Assembly (NCBI GenBank): GCA_963921275.4
Contig: OZ001293.3
Location: forward strand, 3,040,001 to 3,104,000
From: an uncultured Hormoscilla sp.
Lineage (GTDB): Bacteria; Cyanobacteriota; Cyanobacteriia; Cyanobacteriales; Desertifilaceae
Direction: 5' to 3'
DNA length: 64,000 nucleotides
This document shows, piece by piece, positions 23,113 to 33,753 of the stretch (positions within the stretch are counted from its first letter, which is position 1; every line of letters starts with the position of its first letter). The notes under the pieces are model-generated. The model did not search any database. It saw only the letters and a list, made by a program, of their open reading frames with translations, and was not told the origin of the DNA. The position numbers were made by a program, and so were the translations under genes.

Positions 23113-23478
23113 GTGAATCAGACGTTTGGCAAGGTTATTCGTCAAGCCCGCAGGGACAAGGGATACAGCCAGCGCGAGCTAGCCAAGTTGATAGGGGTGA
23201 ATTATACCTACCTATCCAAGCTAGAGAACGACCACGCTGGGTATCCTCCTAGCGAGGAGGTCATTGAGTGCTTAGGGCGTCATCTAGAATTGGACGAAGT
23301 CGAGCTAAAATACTTAGCTGGCAGGATTGCGCCGGAAGACGAGGAAGTTTTTAAGGAACTTGTCAAGAAGTATAAACAGATGCCTGCTTTGCTCCGCCGC
23401 ATGCGGGACAATCCTGATTTTGTCCAAAAATTACTTCAGGAAGTAACCCAAGTAGAAAAGGAGGAGGAGCCGTTTTGA
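23113..23478 (+). CDS. XRE-family HTH transcriptional regulator (CapH/ImmR/DdrO-like)
   Basis: FGKVIRQARRDKGYSQRELAKLIGVNYTYLSKLEND; GTG start. Confidence 0.92.
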   Translation: MNQTFGKVIRQARRDKGYSQRELAKLIGVNYTYLSKLENDHAGYPPSEEVIECLGRHLELDEVELKYLAGRIAPEDEEVFKELVKKYKQMPALLRRMRDNPDFVQKLLQEVTQVEKEEEPF

Positions 23479-24119
23479 ATGTAATCAAGCCCTATCGCTT
23501 CATTCCCAAGCAGGAAATTGAGCGTCAGGCTAACAACCTTCTCAAGCAAATGGAGGCGACGCCAAATTTGGCACCCAAATGGCCTTTTGATGCTACTCGC
23601 GTGGCTGACTTTTTGGATCTAGGTGTTGTCTGGGACACAATAGAGCCTGATGAGGAAGGGCCAATTGCAGCTATGATTCTGCCGCTTCAAAGTGAAATTG
23701 TAATAAATGAAAATATTTCAGCAATACATGGAGGCTTTGGCGAATCAACATTAGCCCATGAAATTGGACATTGGGAACTTCATATTGACCATAACGCGGT
23801 TGGTAAGTTTTTATATCGCAGAACGGATGGGATCGAAAAAACTATTATCGCGCCGTTTTTATGTCGTAGCGATACCATTCAGAAAGGGATTGAATGGCAA
23901 GCTCAGTATTTTGCTAGTTGTTTACTGATGCCTCTTGATAAGTTAGAAGAAGTGCGCATAGGGCGCGTTCTAACGAAATGGTCTCACCTTTACGCTATAA
24001 AAGATGAGCTTGGTATCACTATATCTAATCTGACAAACCGTTTGCAAGATATTGATTGGATTCACATTCCCAAAAATTCTAAGCAAATTTATCTGGGAAA
24101 AGCTGCGCCTGGTCGGTAA
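23475..24119 (+). CDS. ImmA/IrrE-family Zn metallopeptidase (CapP-like)
   Basis: TLAHEIGHW (HExxH), EWQAQYFASCLLMP; start overlaps the XRE stop. Confidence 0.92.
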   Translation: MNVIKPYRFIPKQEIERQANNLLKQMEATPNLAPKWPFDATRVADFLDLGVVWDTIEPDEEGPIAAMILPLQSEIVINENISAIHGGFGESTLAHEIGHWELHIDHNAVGKFLYRRTDGIEKTIIAPFLCRSDTIQKGIEWQAQYFASCLLMPLDKLEEVRIGRVLTKWSHLYAIKDELGITISNLTNRLQDIDWIHIPKNSKQIYLGKAAPGR

Positions 24120-24153
24120 CAGGGGCGATCGCGGCGATCGCCCCCCGATCGTA

Positions 24154-25680
24154 CTAATCAGTCTTAGCTATCACCCAATTTACCAGAGTCCGGACCGGGA
24201 AACCCGTAGCGCCAACGCCATTGTAGCCATTTTCCTTATCTGTCCAAACCGGTCCAGCGATGTCTAAATGTACCCAAGGAGTCTCCTTAACAAATTGCTT
24301 CAAAAACAGGGTTGCTGTAATGGAACCACCGGGACGCGGACCAGTATTTTTCATATCAGCAACCACGGACTTCATGCCTTCAAAATACTTCTCCTCCATT
24401 GGCATGTGCCAGAACTTTTCCCCGGAAATTTCAGCAGCTTTACTCAGCTCTTGTGCTAAAGTCTCGTCTGTACTCCACATCCCGCCAATATCATTGCCCA
24501 AAGCCACCACACAGGCACCTGTCAGGGTCGCCAGATCTACTATAGCATCAACGCCCAACTTTTCGGCAAACACCAAAGCATCTGCTAGAGTTAGACGCCC
24601 TTCCGCATCAGTGTTGTTAACTTCGATCGTCTTGCCATTAGAAGCTTTAAGAATGTCACCTGGGTGCATCCCATGACCACTAATCATATTCTCAGTCGCC
24701 GCTGAAATGAAGTGAACCTCCACATCTGGTTTCAGCTGACCAATAGCTTTTGCTGCACCGAGGGTAGCCCCAGCACCACCCATGTCCGTCTTCATCATTT
24801 CAATGCCGCTACCGCCAACTTTAATGTTATAACCGCCAGAGTCAAATGTCAGACCTTTGCCCACAATTGCTAACTTGCAGCGGGGCGTATCTTTAGGCTT
24901 ATAGGTGAGGTGGATAAACTTCGGGGGCAGATCCGAAGCCTTCGCTACACCCAAAAACGCACCCATCCCCAACTTTTCACAATCTTCTCGTTCCAAGATT
25001 TCTACATCCATGCCATAGGCTTGGGCCAGGTCTTGGGCCGTTTGGGCTAAAGTTATCGGCGTTACCTCATTTGCCGGTGCTGCCACCAATTGCCGTGCCA
25101 GAAACACCCCAGAACAGATAATCTGCCCACGGGATATGGCCTCTTGCTGACCGGCAAGCCCGAGCAAATCTATTTGCTCTAATTTGCTCGGTTTATCTTC
25201 CGGTTCTGACTTAAAACGGTTATCCTGGTATAAAGCCAACTCTATACCTTCTACTATTGCCTGAGTGGTGGCCTCTGGGTCATCATTCCACACTGGCAGG
25301 CTCATCCCCAAGGTTTTACACCGTTCCTTTTCCGCCCAGGTGGCCCCAGTAGCAGCAACACGACGCCAGGCATCCAATTTTCCTTCGATGTGCTCGGGGT
25401 CGTGCGAGTAGCGCGCCCCGAGCACATCGGAGTCGGGTTTACCCATACCCACCAGCATAATTTTCCGGACTCCGTCGCGCACACCCGTGCGGGTGCAAGC
25501 GCTGGTGCCTTCTTTACCCTTAAATTCCGTCTCCTGCAACAGTTCGCTGATGGTCCCGTTCAGCCGCTCGTCCATCTGCCGGAGATCGCCTGTCAAATCA
25601 ACGGCATCCTCAAAAAAACCAATTACCAGGGCGTCCCCAGTGCAGTTAAGCCGTGGCGTGTCAATTGCTCTATATTCCAT
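24154..25680 (-). CDS. pepA: Leucyl aminopeptidase
   Basis: [34 protein letters not shown]; ~15-aa palindrome-derived insertion. Confidence 0.96.
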   Translation of the reverse strand: MEYRAIDTPRLNCTGDALVIGFFEDAVDLTGDLRQMDERLNGTISELLQETEFKGKEGTSACTRTGVRDGVRKIMLVGMGKPDSDVLGARYSHDPEHIEGKLDAWRRVAATGATWAEKERCKTLGMSLPVWNDDPEATTQAIVEGIELALYQDNRFKSEPEDKPSKLEQIDLLGLAGQQEAISRGQIICSGVFLARQLVAAPANEVTPITLAQTAQDLAQAYGMDVEILEREDCEKLGMGAFLGVAKASDLPPKFIHLTYKPKDTPRCKLAIVGKGLTFDSGGYNIKVGGSGIEMMKTDMGGAGATLGAAKAIGQLKPDVEVHFISAATENMISGHGMHPGDILKASNGKTIEVNNTDAEGRLTLADALVFAEKLGVDAIVDLATLTGACVVALGNDIGGMWSTDETLAQELSKAAEISGEKFWHMPMEEKYFEGMKSVVADMKNTGPRPGGSITATLFLKQFVKETPWVHLDIAGPVWTDKENGYNGVGATGFPVRTLVNWVIAKTD

Positions 25681-26095
25681 CTGTTTATCTGTATCTCTTT
25701 CGATCGTTTGCCCTGGGATCTAGCCAGTCCCAATTGTAGATCGTCTATTAGAGAGGATAAGACAGCTAATGACAAAAGTTAAGTCGGCAGCGGGTGTGGT
25801 CATGCATTTGTTGGCAACGGAATGTTTGCTCTCCGTATCAACGGGTTTTGACCACACCCGTCGGCAGCAGCTGTCAGAAACCAAACTCAAGAGCGGCAAT
25901 TAGGGCCAATTGGCTGCTCGTGGCTGAGTTGATGAGTAAAAGTATGGCTCGAAAAATCCATATAGTTGTAATCTAACAGCTTAGCTTTCGTCAAGAGGAA
26001 AGAGCAAAAATCAGACCTGATATCCCAGAGGTTGAACTTTATCAGCTCTGTTAGAGTCTCAAGGGGATCGAAGTAGACCTTCTGTGTGAAGAGCC

Positions 26096-28339
26096 ATGTT
26101 TAAGGAGAAGCGACAGAGAAATAATCAAGTTTCTTGGGCGGCTTGTGCCGGTATTGGCGTATTGTTGATGGGAGTAACCCTACACAAAACGCCAGTAGTA
26201 GATGGACTACGCCAAAGGCTGGCTCAATGGTCGGCATCGGCTGAGCAGTCGCGGCAGTTGCAGCTGACACCCATTGGGGAAAATTCGGTAATAGGTCTGT
26301 TGGTGCAACTGGCACCCAGGGACAGGGAGCAGAAACTGCAAGCGCTAGCCCAAGAGACAGGCTCTCATGAGAGCTTACGCGCTCGTTATTTGCTGGCATC
26401 AGACCTGATAGAGCAGCAGCAGGGCCAACAGGCGCTCGCCCTGCTAGAAAAACTAGAGCGGGACTACCCAGTTTTAGGCTCTCACATCGCTCTCAAACGC
26501 GCCCAAGCTTACGAGGTAATGGGCGATCGCCTGAGTGCGATATCGGCCTGGAAAGATTTGCGGCGTCGGTACTCCCAAGACCCAGTAGCAGCGGAAGCAC
26601 TGTTGGCCCTGGGCTCTACAGATCCGAAATACTGGGAAAAAGCGATCGCACAATTTCCAGCCCATCCAGGGACAGTGGAAATGGCCTACCGAAGACTCTC
26701 TCAAGAGGATACCGACCAACTGCCGCTGTTGCTGCTATTGGCAAAACATGCCCATTACAGACAGGATTATACAGAGCTACTCAATCAGCTAGTGAGCAAA
26801 TATAAGGAGCAGCTGACCGCCGCAGATTGGGAGGCGATCGCCTTTGGTTACTGGGAAAAAGAAGCCTACGGAGAAGCCGGTGTAGCCTATAGGAAAGCCC
26901 CAGCAACGCCAGTAAATCGTTACCGTGCGGGTAGGGGGCTGCAACTGGGAGGGAAAAAACACTCAGCGATCAGAGCATATAAACAACTAATAGAAGAGTT
27001 TCCCGACGCTAAAATAACCGCCCGAGGCATGCTGCACCTCTCAAGACTCTCGGAGCCGAAATATGCCCTAAACTATCTGGAAAAAGTGCAGACACAGTTC
27101 CCTGACTTCGCAGCAGAGGCTCTATTAGAGAAATCAAAAGTTCTCAATAGTCTGGGAAGTGCTAAAGCAGCTTTTGTGGCCCGGGAATCGCTCCTGACTC
27201 AATATAGCAATTCCGACGAGGCAGCTCAGCTGCGATGGAGACTGGCACAAAAGCGAGCACAAGGTGGAGAGTTGACGGAAGCGTGGGAATGGGCCCAGCA
27301 GCTGACGGCGGAAAACCCTGATAGTCCCCTGGCCGCAAAAGCAGCCTTTTGGGTGGGGAAATGGGCTTCACTTCTGGGGCGGACCGACGATGCCCAGCAG
27401 TCCTTTGCTTATGTAATAATGCGCTACCCAGAGTCTTATTATGCTTGGCGCTCGGCGGTGTTATTGGGCTGGGATGTGGGGGACTTTAAGACTATGCGTA
27501 AGCTCAAACCCCAATTATATCGGCTCCCAGTCCGATCGGTATTGCTGGCAGGCTCAGACACCCTCAAAGAACTCTATCACTTAGGTCAAGACACCGATGC
27601 TTGGAAACTATGGCAGGTGGAATTTACTAATCGCTCTAGCCGCACCGTAGCAGAACAGTTTACAGATGGGCTCATACGTTTAGCGATCGAAGATCACCTG
27701 GAAGGCATTTTTATGATTAATAGCCTCAGTTGGCGGGACGAACCGGCAGACCGCGAACAGGTAAAGATGCTCAAGCAACAACTGGCTTATTGGCATGCCC
27801 TCTATCCCTTTCCCTATCTAGAGCAGATATTATCCTGGTCAGAAAAATACCATCTCAATCCCCTCTTGGTGGTCGGTTTAATCCGTCAAGAATCGCGATT
27901 TATGGAAAAGATCGAGTCCCCTGTTGGTGCCACTGGCTTAATGCAGGTGATGCCAGAGACCGGAGCATGGATTGCCGATCAAATCAATCTGACTGACTAC
28001 AAATTAAACAAGGCCAATGACAATATTCAACTGGGCACCTGGTATCTGGATTTCACTCACTGGCAATATCAAAATAACTCCATGTTAGCAGTTGCTAGCT
28101 ACAACGCGGGAACGACTAATGTGGACAGATGGATAGAAAGATTTGGTTTGCGCGACCCAGACCGTTTTGTCGAGTTCATCCCCTTTGGCGAAACCAAAGG
28201 CTATGTTAAATCGGTATTTGGTAACTACTGGAACTACGCCAGACTTTACGACCCCATGATTTCCCAGCAGCTAGCCCAGCTGCAATCAGCAGTGGCAGCC
28301 TCTACCATTCCGGAAAAATCGGATGAGTCAGGAGACTAA
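26096..28339 (+). CDS. slt: Soluble lytic transglycosylase with TPRs
   Basis: IRQESRF, GATGLMQVMP, ASYNAG, ETKGYV. Confidence 0.9.
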   Translation: MFKEKRQRNNQVSWAACAGIGVLLMGVTLHKTPVVDGLRQRLAQWSASAEQSRQLQLTPIGENSVIGLLVQLAPRDREQKLQALAQETGSHESLRARYLLASDLIEQQQGQQALALLEKLERDYPVLGSHIALKRAQAYEVMGDRLSAISAWKDLRRRYSQDPVAAEALLALGSTDPKYWEKAIAQFPAHPGTVEMAYRRLSQEDTDQLPLLLLLAKHAHYRQDYTELLNQLVSKYKEQLTAADWEAIAFGYWEKEAYGEAGVAYRKAPATPVNRYRAGRGLQLGGKKHSAIRAYKQLIEEFPDAKITARGMLHLSRLSEPKYALNYLEKVQTQFPDFAAEALLEKSKVLNSLGSAKAAFVARESLLTQYSNSDEAAQLRWRLAQKRAQGGELTEAWEWAQQLTAENPDSPLAAKAAFWVGKWASLLGRTDDAQQSFAYVIMRYPESYYAWRSAVLLGWDVGDFKTMRKLKPQLYRLPVRSVLLAGSDTLKELYHLGQDTDAWKLWQVEFTNRSSRTVAEQFTDGLIRLAIEDHLEGIFMINSLSWRDEPADREQVKMLKQQLAYWHALYPFPYLEQILSWSEKYHLNPLLVVGLIRQESRFMEKIESPVGATGLMQVMPETGAWIADQINLTDYKLNKANDNIQLGTWYLDFTHWQYQNNSMLAVASYNAGTTNVDRWIERFGLRDPDRFVEFIPFGETKGYVKSVFGNYWNYARLYDPMISQQLAQLQSAVAASTIPEKSDESGD

Positions 28340-28489
28340 AGGAGAGAAGGTGAAAAATAGTTATAGGAAATCAAGGGATGATGCTTTAATGGAAGAGAAG
28401 GCGGTGTAGCACTCCCAATGGGATGATAGGAAGACTATCTTCCCTGTCATCCTAGGAGATCAGGGCGAGATAGTGGTGAATAACTAGTT

Positions 28490-30352
28490 ATGAATGATAG
28501 AAAGGCCCGCAAACAAGCGGAAAAAACTCTCCAGGATCTTTTCCAACAAAAGATGTTGCTGTCGATGATGCATTCTTGCATCCACTCTCAGGAAAAAATG
28601 CAGGAAATTCTCAGCATAACTGTTCGGAAAGTCCGGGAGTTCCTCAAGGCAGATAGAGTCATGATCTACAGATGGAATCACCGAAAAAGCGGGTTTGTGG
28701 TGATAGTGTCAGCCAGCACAACAGCTAGGGAAAGTATGTTAGGATTGCAGGTAGATGAGAGATTAATACCAGCAGCAGAGGTGCAGGAATACCAGGAAGG
28801 AAAAATCAAGGCGATCGCGGATATATATAGGGCAGGGTTGCAAGAGTCTCAAGTTCAGTTACTCTCGGATTTTCAGGTAGTGGCAAAGGTGGGCGTGCCC
28901 CTGCGGGTGGGAAATGCGTTGTGGGGTTTGTTAATGGTACATCAGTGCAATGGCCCCAGAAAATGGCAGCCCTTGGAAATAGATGCCCTGGAACAATTGG
29001 CAACACAGGTGGCGATCGCCATTCAGCAATCGGAACTTTACCAACAGGTTCAAAACCTGAACAGCGCTCTAGAAAACCAGGTACGGGAACGCACGGCCCA
29101 ACTGGAACAAGCACTGAACTTTGAGGCGATGCTCAAACGCATCACGGATAAGGTCCGCGATAGTCTGGATGAAACCCAGATTTGGCAAGCAGCAGTGCGG
29201 GAAGTAACTGAAGTTCTGGGCATCCGAGGTTGTAATGCAGCTCTGTACGACCAAGAAAAAGAAACATCCATTATCAGTGCAGCCTATAGTAAAAGTCCTA
29301 TGGTTAATCAAGAGCGGGTCGGACGAGTTGCTGCGCTGAAGAAATTCCCGGAAATCTACCAGCAGCAGCTCTTGCAGGGTCAGTATTTTCAGTTTTGTTC
29401 TTTGCTCCCTAACCCAGACAGGGGTAGGGTGGCAATGCTCGCTTGCCCCATTTTTGATAACCAAGGTGTTTTGGGCGATCTCTGGCTGATCAATCATGCA
29501 GATTATGTATTTAGTGAGTTGCAGATTCGCTTGGTGCAGCAGGTCGCCAATCAATGCGCGATCGCCCTCCACCAAGCGAGACTCTACCAAGCTGCCCAAA
29601 CACAGGTAGAAGAACTACAAAAGCTCAGTCGCCTCAAGGATGAGTTCGTCAGCACGGTGCAACATGAATTACGGACGCCGATGACCAACATGACCATGGC
29701 GATTAAAATGTTGACGATCGGTCTGCGTCAGGCGGGAGTTTTGCCCGCACCAGGGACAGAAGCTCCAGAGGGTAAGCCTTCAAAGGTGGCTCATTATTGG
29801 AAGATTATCCAAGATGAATGTAAACGAGAAATTAGTTTGATTAACGATCTGCTAGATTTGCAGCGACTGGAGAATCAATCACAACCTATAGCGTCCGAAG
29901 CCATAGAATTCCAGTCCTGGCTCCGAACCCTGGTAAAACCGTTTATCGATCGGGCCAGCAGCCGTCAACAAGTCCTAGAGGTAGATCTGGACGACCAACT
30001 GCCTCCTGTAATCTCCGATCCGGCTATTCTGGAAGGGGTAATACGCGAGTTGCTCAATAATGCTTGCAAATATACTCCACCCGGAGAACGCATTCTACTT
30101 TCTGCACGCAGTCACCAGGATAAAATTATTCTCAGAGTGACTAATTATGGGGTGGTCATTCCTGCCAATGAACTGCCACGCATTTTTGATAAGTTCTACC
30201 GCGTCCCCAGTACTGACCCCTGGAAGCAGGGCGGCACTGGCTTAGGCTTAGCTTTAGTTCAGAAACGTGTTGGTCACTTAGGTGGGATGATCGAGGTGGA
30301 AAGTGGAGAGGGTAAAACCTGCTTTATGATTGAGTTGCCCATTAAAATTTGA
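28490..30352 (+). CDS. Double-GAF sensor histidine kinase
   Basis: LKADRVMIY GAF, HELRTP, LLNNACKY, GGTGLGL. Confidence 0.93.
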   Translation: MNDRKARKQAEKTLQDLFQQKMLLSMMHSCIHSQEKMQEILSITVRKVREFLKADRVMIYRWNHRKSGFVVIVSASTTARESMLGLQVDERLIPAAEVQEYQEGKIKAIADIYRAGLQESQVQLLSDFQVVAKVGVPLRVGNALWGLLMVHQCNGPRKWQPLEIDALEQLATQVAIAIQQSELYQQVQNLNSALENQVRERTAQLEQALNFEAMLKRITDKVRDSLDETQIWQAAVREVTEVLGIRGCNAALYDQEKETSIISAAYSKSPMVNQERVGRVAALKKFPEIYQQQLLQGQYFQFCSLLPNPDRGRVAMLACPIFDNQGVLGDLWLINHADYVFSELQIRLVQQVANQCAIALHQARLYQAAQTQVEELQKLSRLKDEFVSTVQHELRTPMTNMTMAIKMLTIGLRQAGVLPAPGTEAPEGKPSKVAHYWKIIQDECKREISLINDLLDLQRLENQSQPIASEAIEFQSWLRTLVKPFIDRASSRQQVLEVDLDDQLPPVISDPAILEGVIRELLNNACKYTPPGERILLSARSHQDKIILRVTNYGVVIPANELPRIFDKFYRVPSTDPWKQGGTGLGLALVQKRVGHLGGMIEVESGEGKTCFMIELPIKI

Positions 30353-30373
30353 CAGTCTGTTAAATTAATATTA

Positions 30374-31385
30374 ACTCAAGTTGCGACCTATAAAAATTGG
30401 ATACAAAAAGCTATGATAAAGAGAATTATTTTCAACTCTAATCCCTTAGATGTAACAGCATGAATTGACTTGGGAAACAAATTGGTGATTCGACTAAAAC
30501 AGGTTTCAACTTGTTTTCTTGTTACTTTTTGTATATATTCAAAACAAGAAGATTCTTTTCTTTTTGAGTTCTTTTTTCGCAAAGGTTTTAACATTATACT
30601 TGACGACTCTTTTAGTAAATCCTCTAATTGATAATCATTATAAGCTTTATCTCCATAAACTATTGAATTTGATGGTAAGTCAAAGCCAAAAGATTGCAAA
30701 ACTTTAACATTATTATAACTACCAGGATCTAGATAAAATTCTATTGGCTTTCCATTTTTGTTTACCAACATATGAACTCTTAATCCATAAAAATAACGTT
30801 TTTTACTGGCAATATACCCTCGATATTCTTCCTTGTTATAAATTTGGCATCTATCAATCCTAATATTATCACATACTGGCACCGGGAAACTATCAAGAAT
30901 ATATTCTTGACCCGGATTGAGCTCTTTAAATGTTTGAGCTATAACTTGGAAGAAAAACATCCAAATTGGTTCCTCAATATTGTGTAATCGACGATTGAAC
31001 CTACTTTTACTTAACAGATTTTTTATATACTTGTGTTGGACCATAAATTGACAAGAGCGATCGTGGTGTCCTCCGAAAAAATATGCAGCAACTAATCCGA
31101 CTGTCATCACTTCGGCATTGTTCATTTTTACTTGTGGATCTTCTTTTATATTTAACGCTTTTAGTAGCTCGTCACAAAGAACAAAAATTGTTGTAATCAT
31201 ATCTTCCATCATCTACATCCCCCAGCAATTAACTATTATTTTAGTACATTATAACCTATAAACAGCCAACCCGCCGTCTAGCACAAAAAAAATATAATTT
31301 TGTATCAAAAGCTACGAAATATCCCAAATATCTGTAAAGTCTAAGTGGGTAATTCATATTTTTTTTAATAGGTCGCAACTTAGGT
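30374..31385 (-). mobile_element. IS982-family element
   Basis: TIRs ACTCAAGTTGCGACCTAT / ATAGGTCGCAACTTAGGT; 8-bp TSD TAATATTA; empty site visible at 31826. Confidence 0.93.
30388..31212 (-). CDS. IS982 transposase
   Basis: SRFNRRL, DSFPVPVC, YFYGLRVH, GDKAY, RKQVETCFS; open frame. Confidence 0.9.
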   Translation of the reverse strand: MMEDMITTIFVLCDELLKALNIKEDPQVKMNNAEVMTVGLVAAYFFGGHHDRSCQFMVQHKYIKNLLSKSRFNRRLHNIEEPIWMFFFQVIAQTFKELNPGQEYILDSFPVPVCDNIRIDRCQIYNKEEYRGYIASKKRYFYGLRVHMLVNKNGKPIEFYLDPGSYNNVKVLQSFGFDLPSNSIVYGDKAYNDYQLEDLLKESSSIMLKPLRKKNSKRKESSCFEYIQKVTRKQVETCFSRITNLFPKSIHAVTSKGLELKIILFIIAFCIQFL

Positions 31386-31394
31386 TAATATTAA

Positions 31395-31559
31395 CTGGAC
31401 AGTGCGAAGTTCTTTGGATAACGGCTTGTCATAAGCGGGTTTGGGTCTGATCGACCGACCATGGGCAATAAGCGGGTCACTACTGGCTGTAAGCTACTCC
31501 CAGCAAGGGTTTCAGCTTTTAGACTAGGTCTTTTTTCAGGAGAACTTCGCACTCTCCAG
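31395..31559. mobile_element. 165-bp MITE, copy 1
   Basis: TIR CTGGACAGTGCGAAGTTCT / AGAACTTCGCACTCTCCAG; TAATATTAA flanks. Confidence 0.8.
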
Positions 31560-31834
31560 TAATATTAAGTAATTTTATGGTTTATTGTGCTCGTGTTATC
31601 ATAATAAACCATAAAATTACTTGCTAAATCGGTTAATTACATGCAAATTTTGAGGCGAAAGATAAGGCAAAAAGCAATGTTGAGCAAATTTTTTGAAAAA
31701 AGTATGTATAATCAAGGCTAAGTATAAATTAATTAACCTCGATACCATATTCCGCACCACAAGTGGAGAGGGTAAAACCTGCTTTATGATCGAGTTGCCC
31801 ATTAAAATTTGACAGTCTGTTAAATTAATATTAA

Positions 31835-31999
31835 CTGGACAGTGCGAAGTTCTTTGGATAACGGCTTGTCATAAGCGGGTTTGGGTCCGATCGACCGACC
31901 ATGGGCAATAAGCGGGCCACTACTGGCTGTAAGCTACTCCCAGCAAGGGTTTCAGCTTTTAGACTAGGTCTTTTTTCAGGAGAACTTCGCACTCTCCAG
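31835..31999. mobile_element. 165-bp MITE, copy 2
   Basis: Same TIRs; 9-bp TSD TAATATTAA on both sides. Confidence 0.85.
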
Positions 32000-32070
32000 T
32001 AATATTAAGTAATTTTATGGTTTATTGTGCTCGTGTTATCATAATAAACCATAAAATTACTTGCTAAATT

Positions 32071-33424
32071 GGGTACATTTCAGTTAGGCGATGAGTAATT
32101 ATACATAGTGCTTGTCTCCCTCAAAACGGTACATAATTTAGGCACTGTTGACCACCCTTGACCCATGAACTCCCAAAAGCAGGCTGAACTCCAGCAACAT
32201 CTTGACGCGATTGCCGCGATTCTCTACCAGGAAGCCGACCCCACTGAACTCACCACCCTTGAAGGCATTGAGAAAAACGTTCGTGCGCTTGCCCAAGAAC
32301 ACGTCTGGCCTCAACTAGGAATTTTTTTATCAACACGGCGACTTCCCGCCGCACCGGAAAACAGCGCACCCTGACCAGTATCCTGGGCAAACTAACCCTC
32401 ACCACTGCTCAAGCCCAACAACTGCAAGTTAAACCGGGAACTCGTTGGAGTCCGTATGTGGAAAAATGTTGTTGGGTCGTCAGTGCCAATGCCTCTTACC
32501 AGAGAGCCGATTTTTCGGGCCGTCCGCGGACCGTACAAGATCTCGCGATGCTGACTGGGGTGAGCATCTCCCACAGTACGCTCCAACGCTTTGTTCAACG
32601 AGAGGACTGGTCTGAGGTAGAGATAGCTGAACCGATTCAGGAGCTCAGCTTGGATGGCGGCATGATTCGCCTTCGTACCGATTTTTCGGGCCGTCCGCGG
32701 ACCGTGGAGGGTCAACCTGGTGAGTGGCGAGAATACAAAGCCTTAAATGTCCATGAGCAAGGCAGTGTGGCTTTCTTCAAGGATAATCAAGGGCTGCTTG
32801 AGTGGGTGAATGCCCAGCCCCTCGGGGCGCAGTTCACCGGTCTCGGAGATGGTCATGATGGGGTGTGGAACATTTTCAGTGGTATCGGGACACCAGAACA
32901 ACGTATCGAAGTGCTCGATTGGTATCACCTAATGGAAAATGCCAATAAGGTGCAAGGGACACCGGCTCAATCCGATTTTTCGGGCCGTCCGCGGACCGTG
33001 CAGATCCGATTTTTCGGGCCGTCCGCACTCCTGTGGCGAGGGGAGACCCAGAGGGCGATTAGTTATCTGCGCCAACAGCAATGTCGGGGAGCCACAGATC
33101 AACTACTTGAAGCACCATCAGACGCGCATCATTGACTACCAGGCTAGCCCTCCTGGCGTCGGGCCGCTGCGCGAACGGGCAGGCAGCTCGGCACTCGATT
33201 GGCTCTGGTCGGGTTGAGTCCCTGGTGAAACAAATTGGGTTAAGGGTGAAATTACCGGGGGCACAATGGCGAGCCGAGAATGTGCCGATTTTTCGGGCCG
33301 TCCGCGGACCGTAGGTGTTGAAGCATCGCTGTGCCTACCTGAATGGCGCATTAGTTGCCTAATCAGACTCAGTAAATCCACTTGTGCTGAGTAAATATAC
33401 TCATCGCCTAACTGAGATGCACCC
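32071..33424 (+). mobile_element. ISKra4-family element, transposase degenerate
   Basis: TIR GGGTACATTTCAGTTAGGCGATGAGTA / TACTCATCGCCTAACTGAGATGCACCC; 8-bp TSD GCTAAATT; SLDGG, GDGHDGVW, LDWYHL, IGSGRVES. Confidence 0.9.
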
Positions 33425-33546
33425 GCTAAATTGGTTAATTACATGCAAATTTTGAGGCGAAAGATAAGGCAAAAAGCAATGTTGAGCAAATTTTTTGAAA
33501 AAAGTATGTATAATCAAGGCTAAGTATAAATTAATTAACCTCGATA

Positions 33547-33753
33547 CCATATTCCGCACCACAAGCTGTAACATGCTATGTAATACGTGATTGCTCGGGA
33601 AGATTGCCATTGCACTACATTTCGTAAGACATATATCTAGCAATTTGGCAAACACAAGGTATAAATATTTATACTGATATCAGCTTTTCGGTTTGCAAAA
33701 TCACCAAGCGTTTGTAATCAGTGCGTAATACATTTAGTCGTGCGGAATGTAGG
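33547..33753. mobile_element. ~207-bp MITE with IS1634-like ends
   Basis: CCATATTCCGCAC...GTGCGGAATGTAGG; the right ~40 bp resemble the IS1634 end at 61296-61334. Confidence 0.6.

Larger units (their letters stand above)
30301..33565. repeat. ~460-bp tandem duplication; copy 1 (30301-31760) holds IS982, copy 2 (31761-33565) holds ISKra4
   Basis: AAGTGGAGAGGGTAAAACC...CCGCACCACAAG appears twice once the two ISs are removed. Confidence 0.9.
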
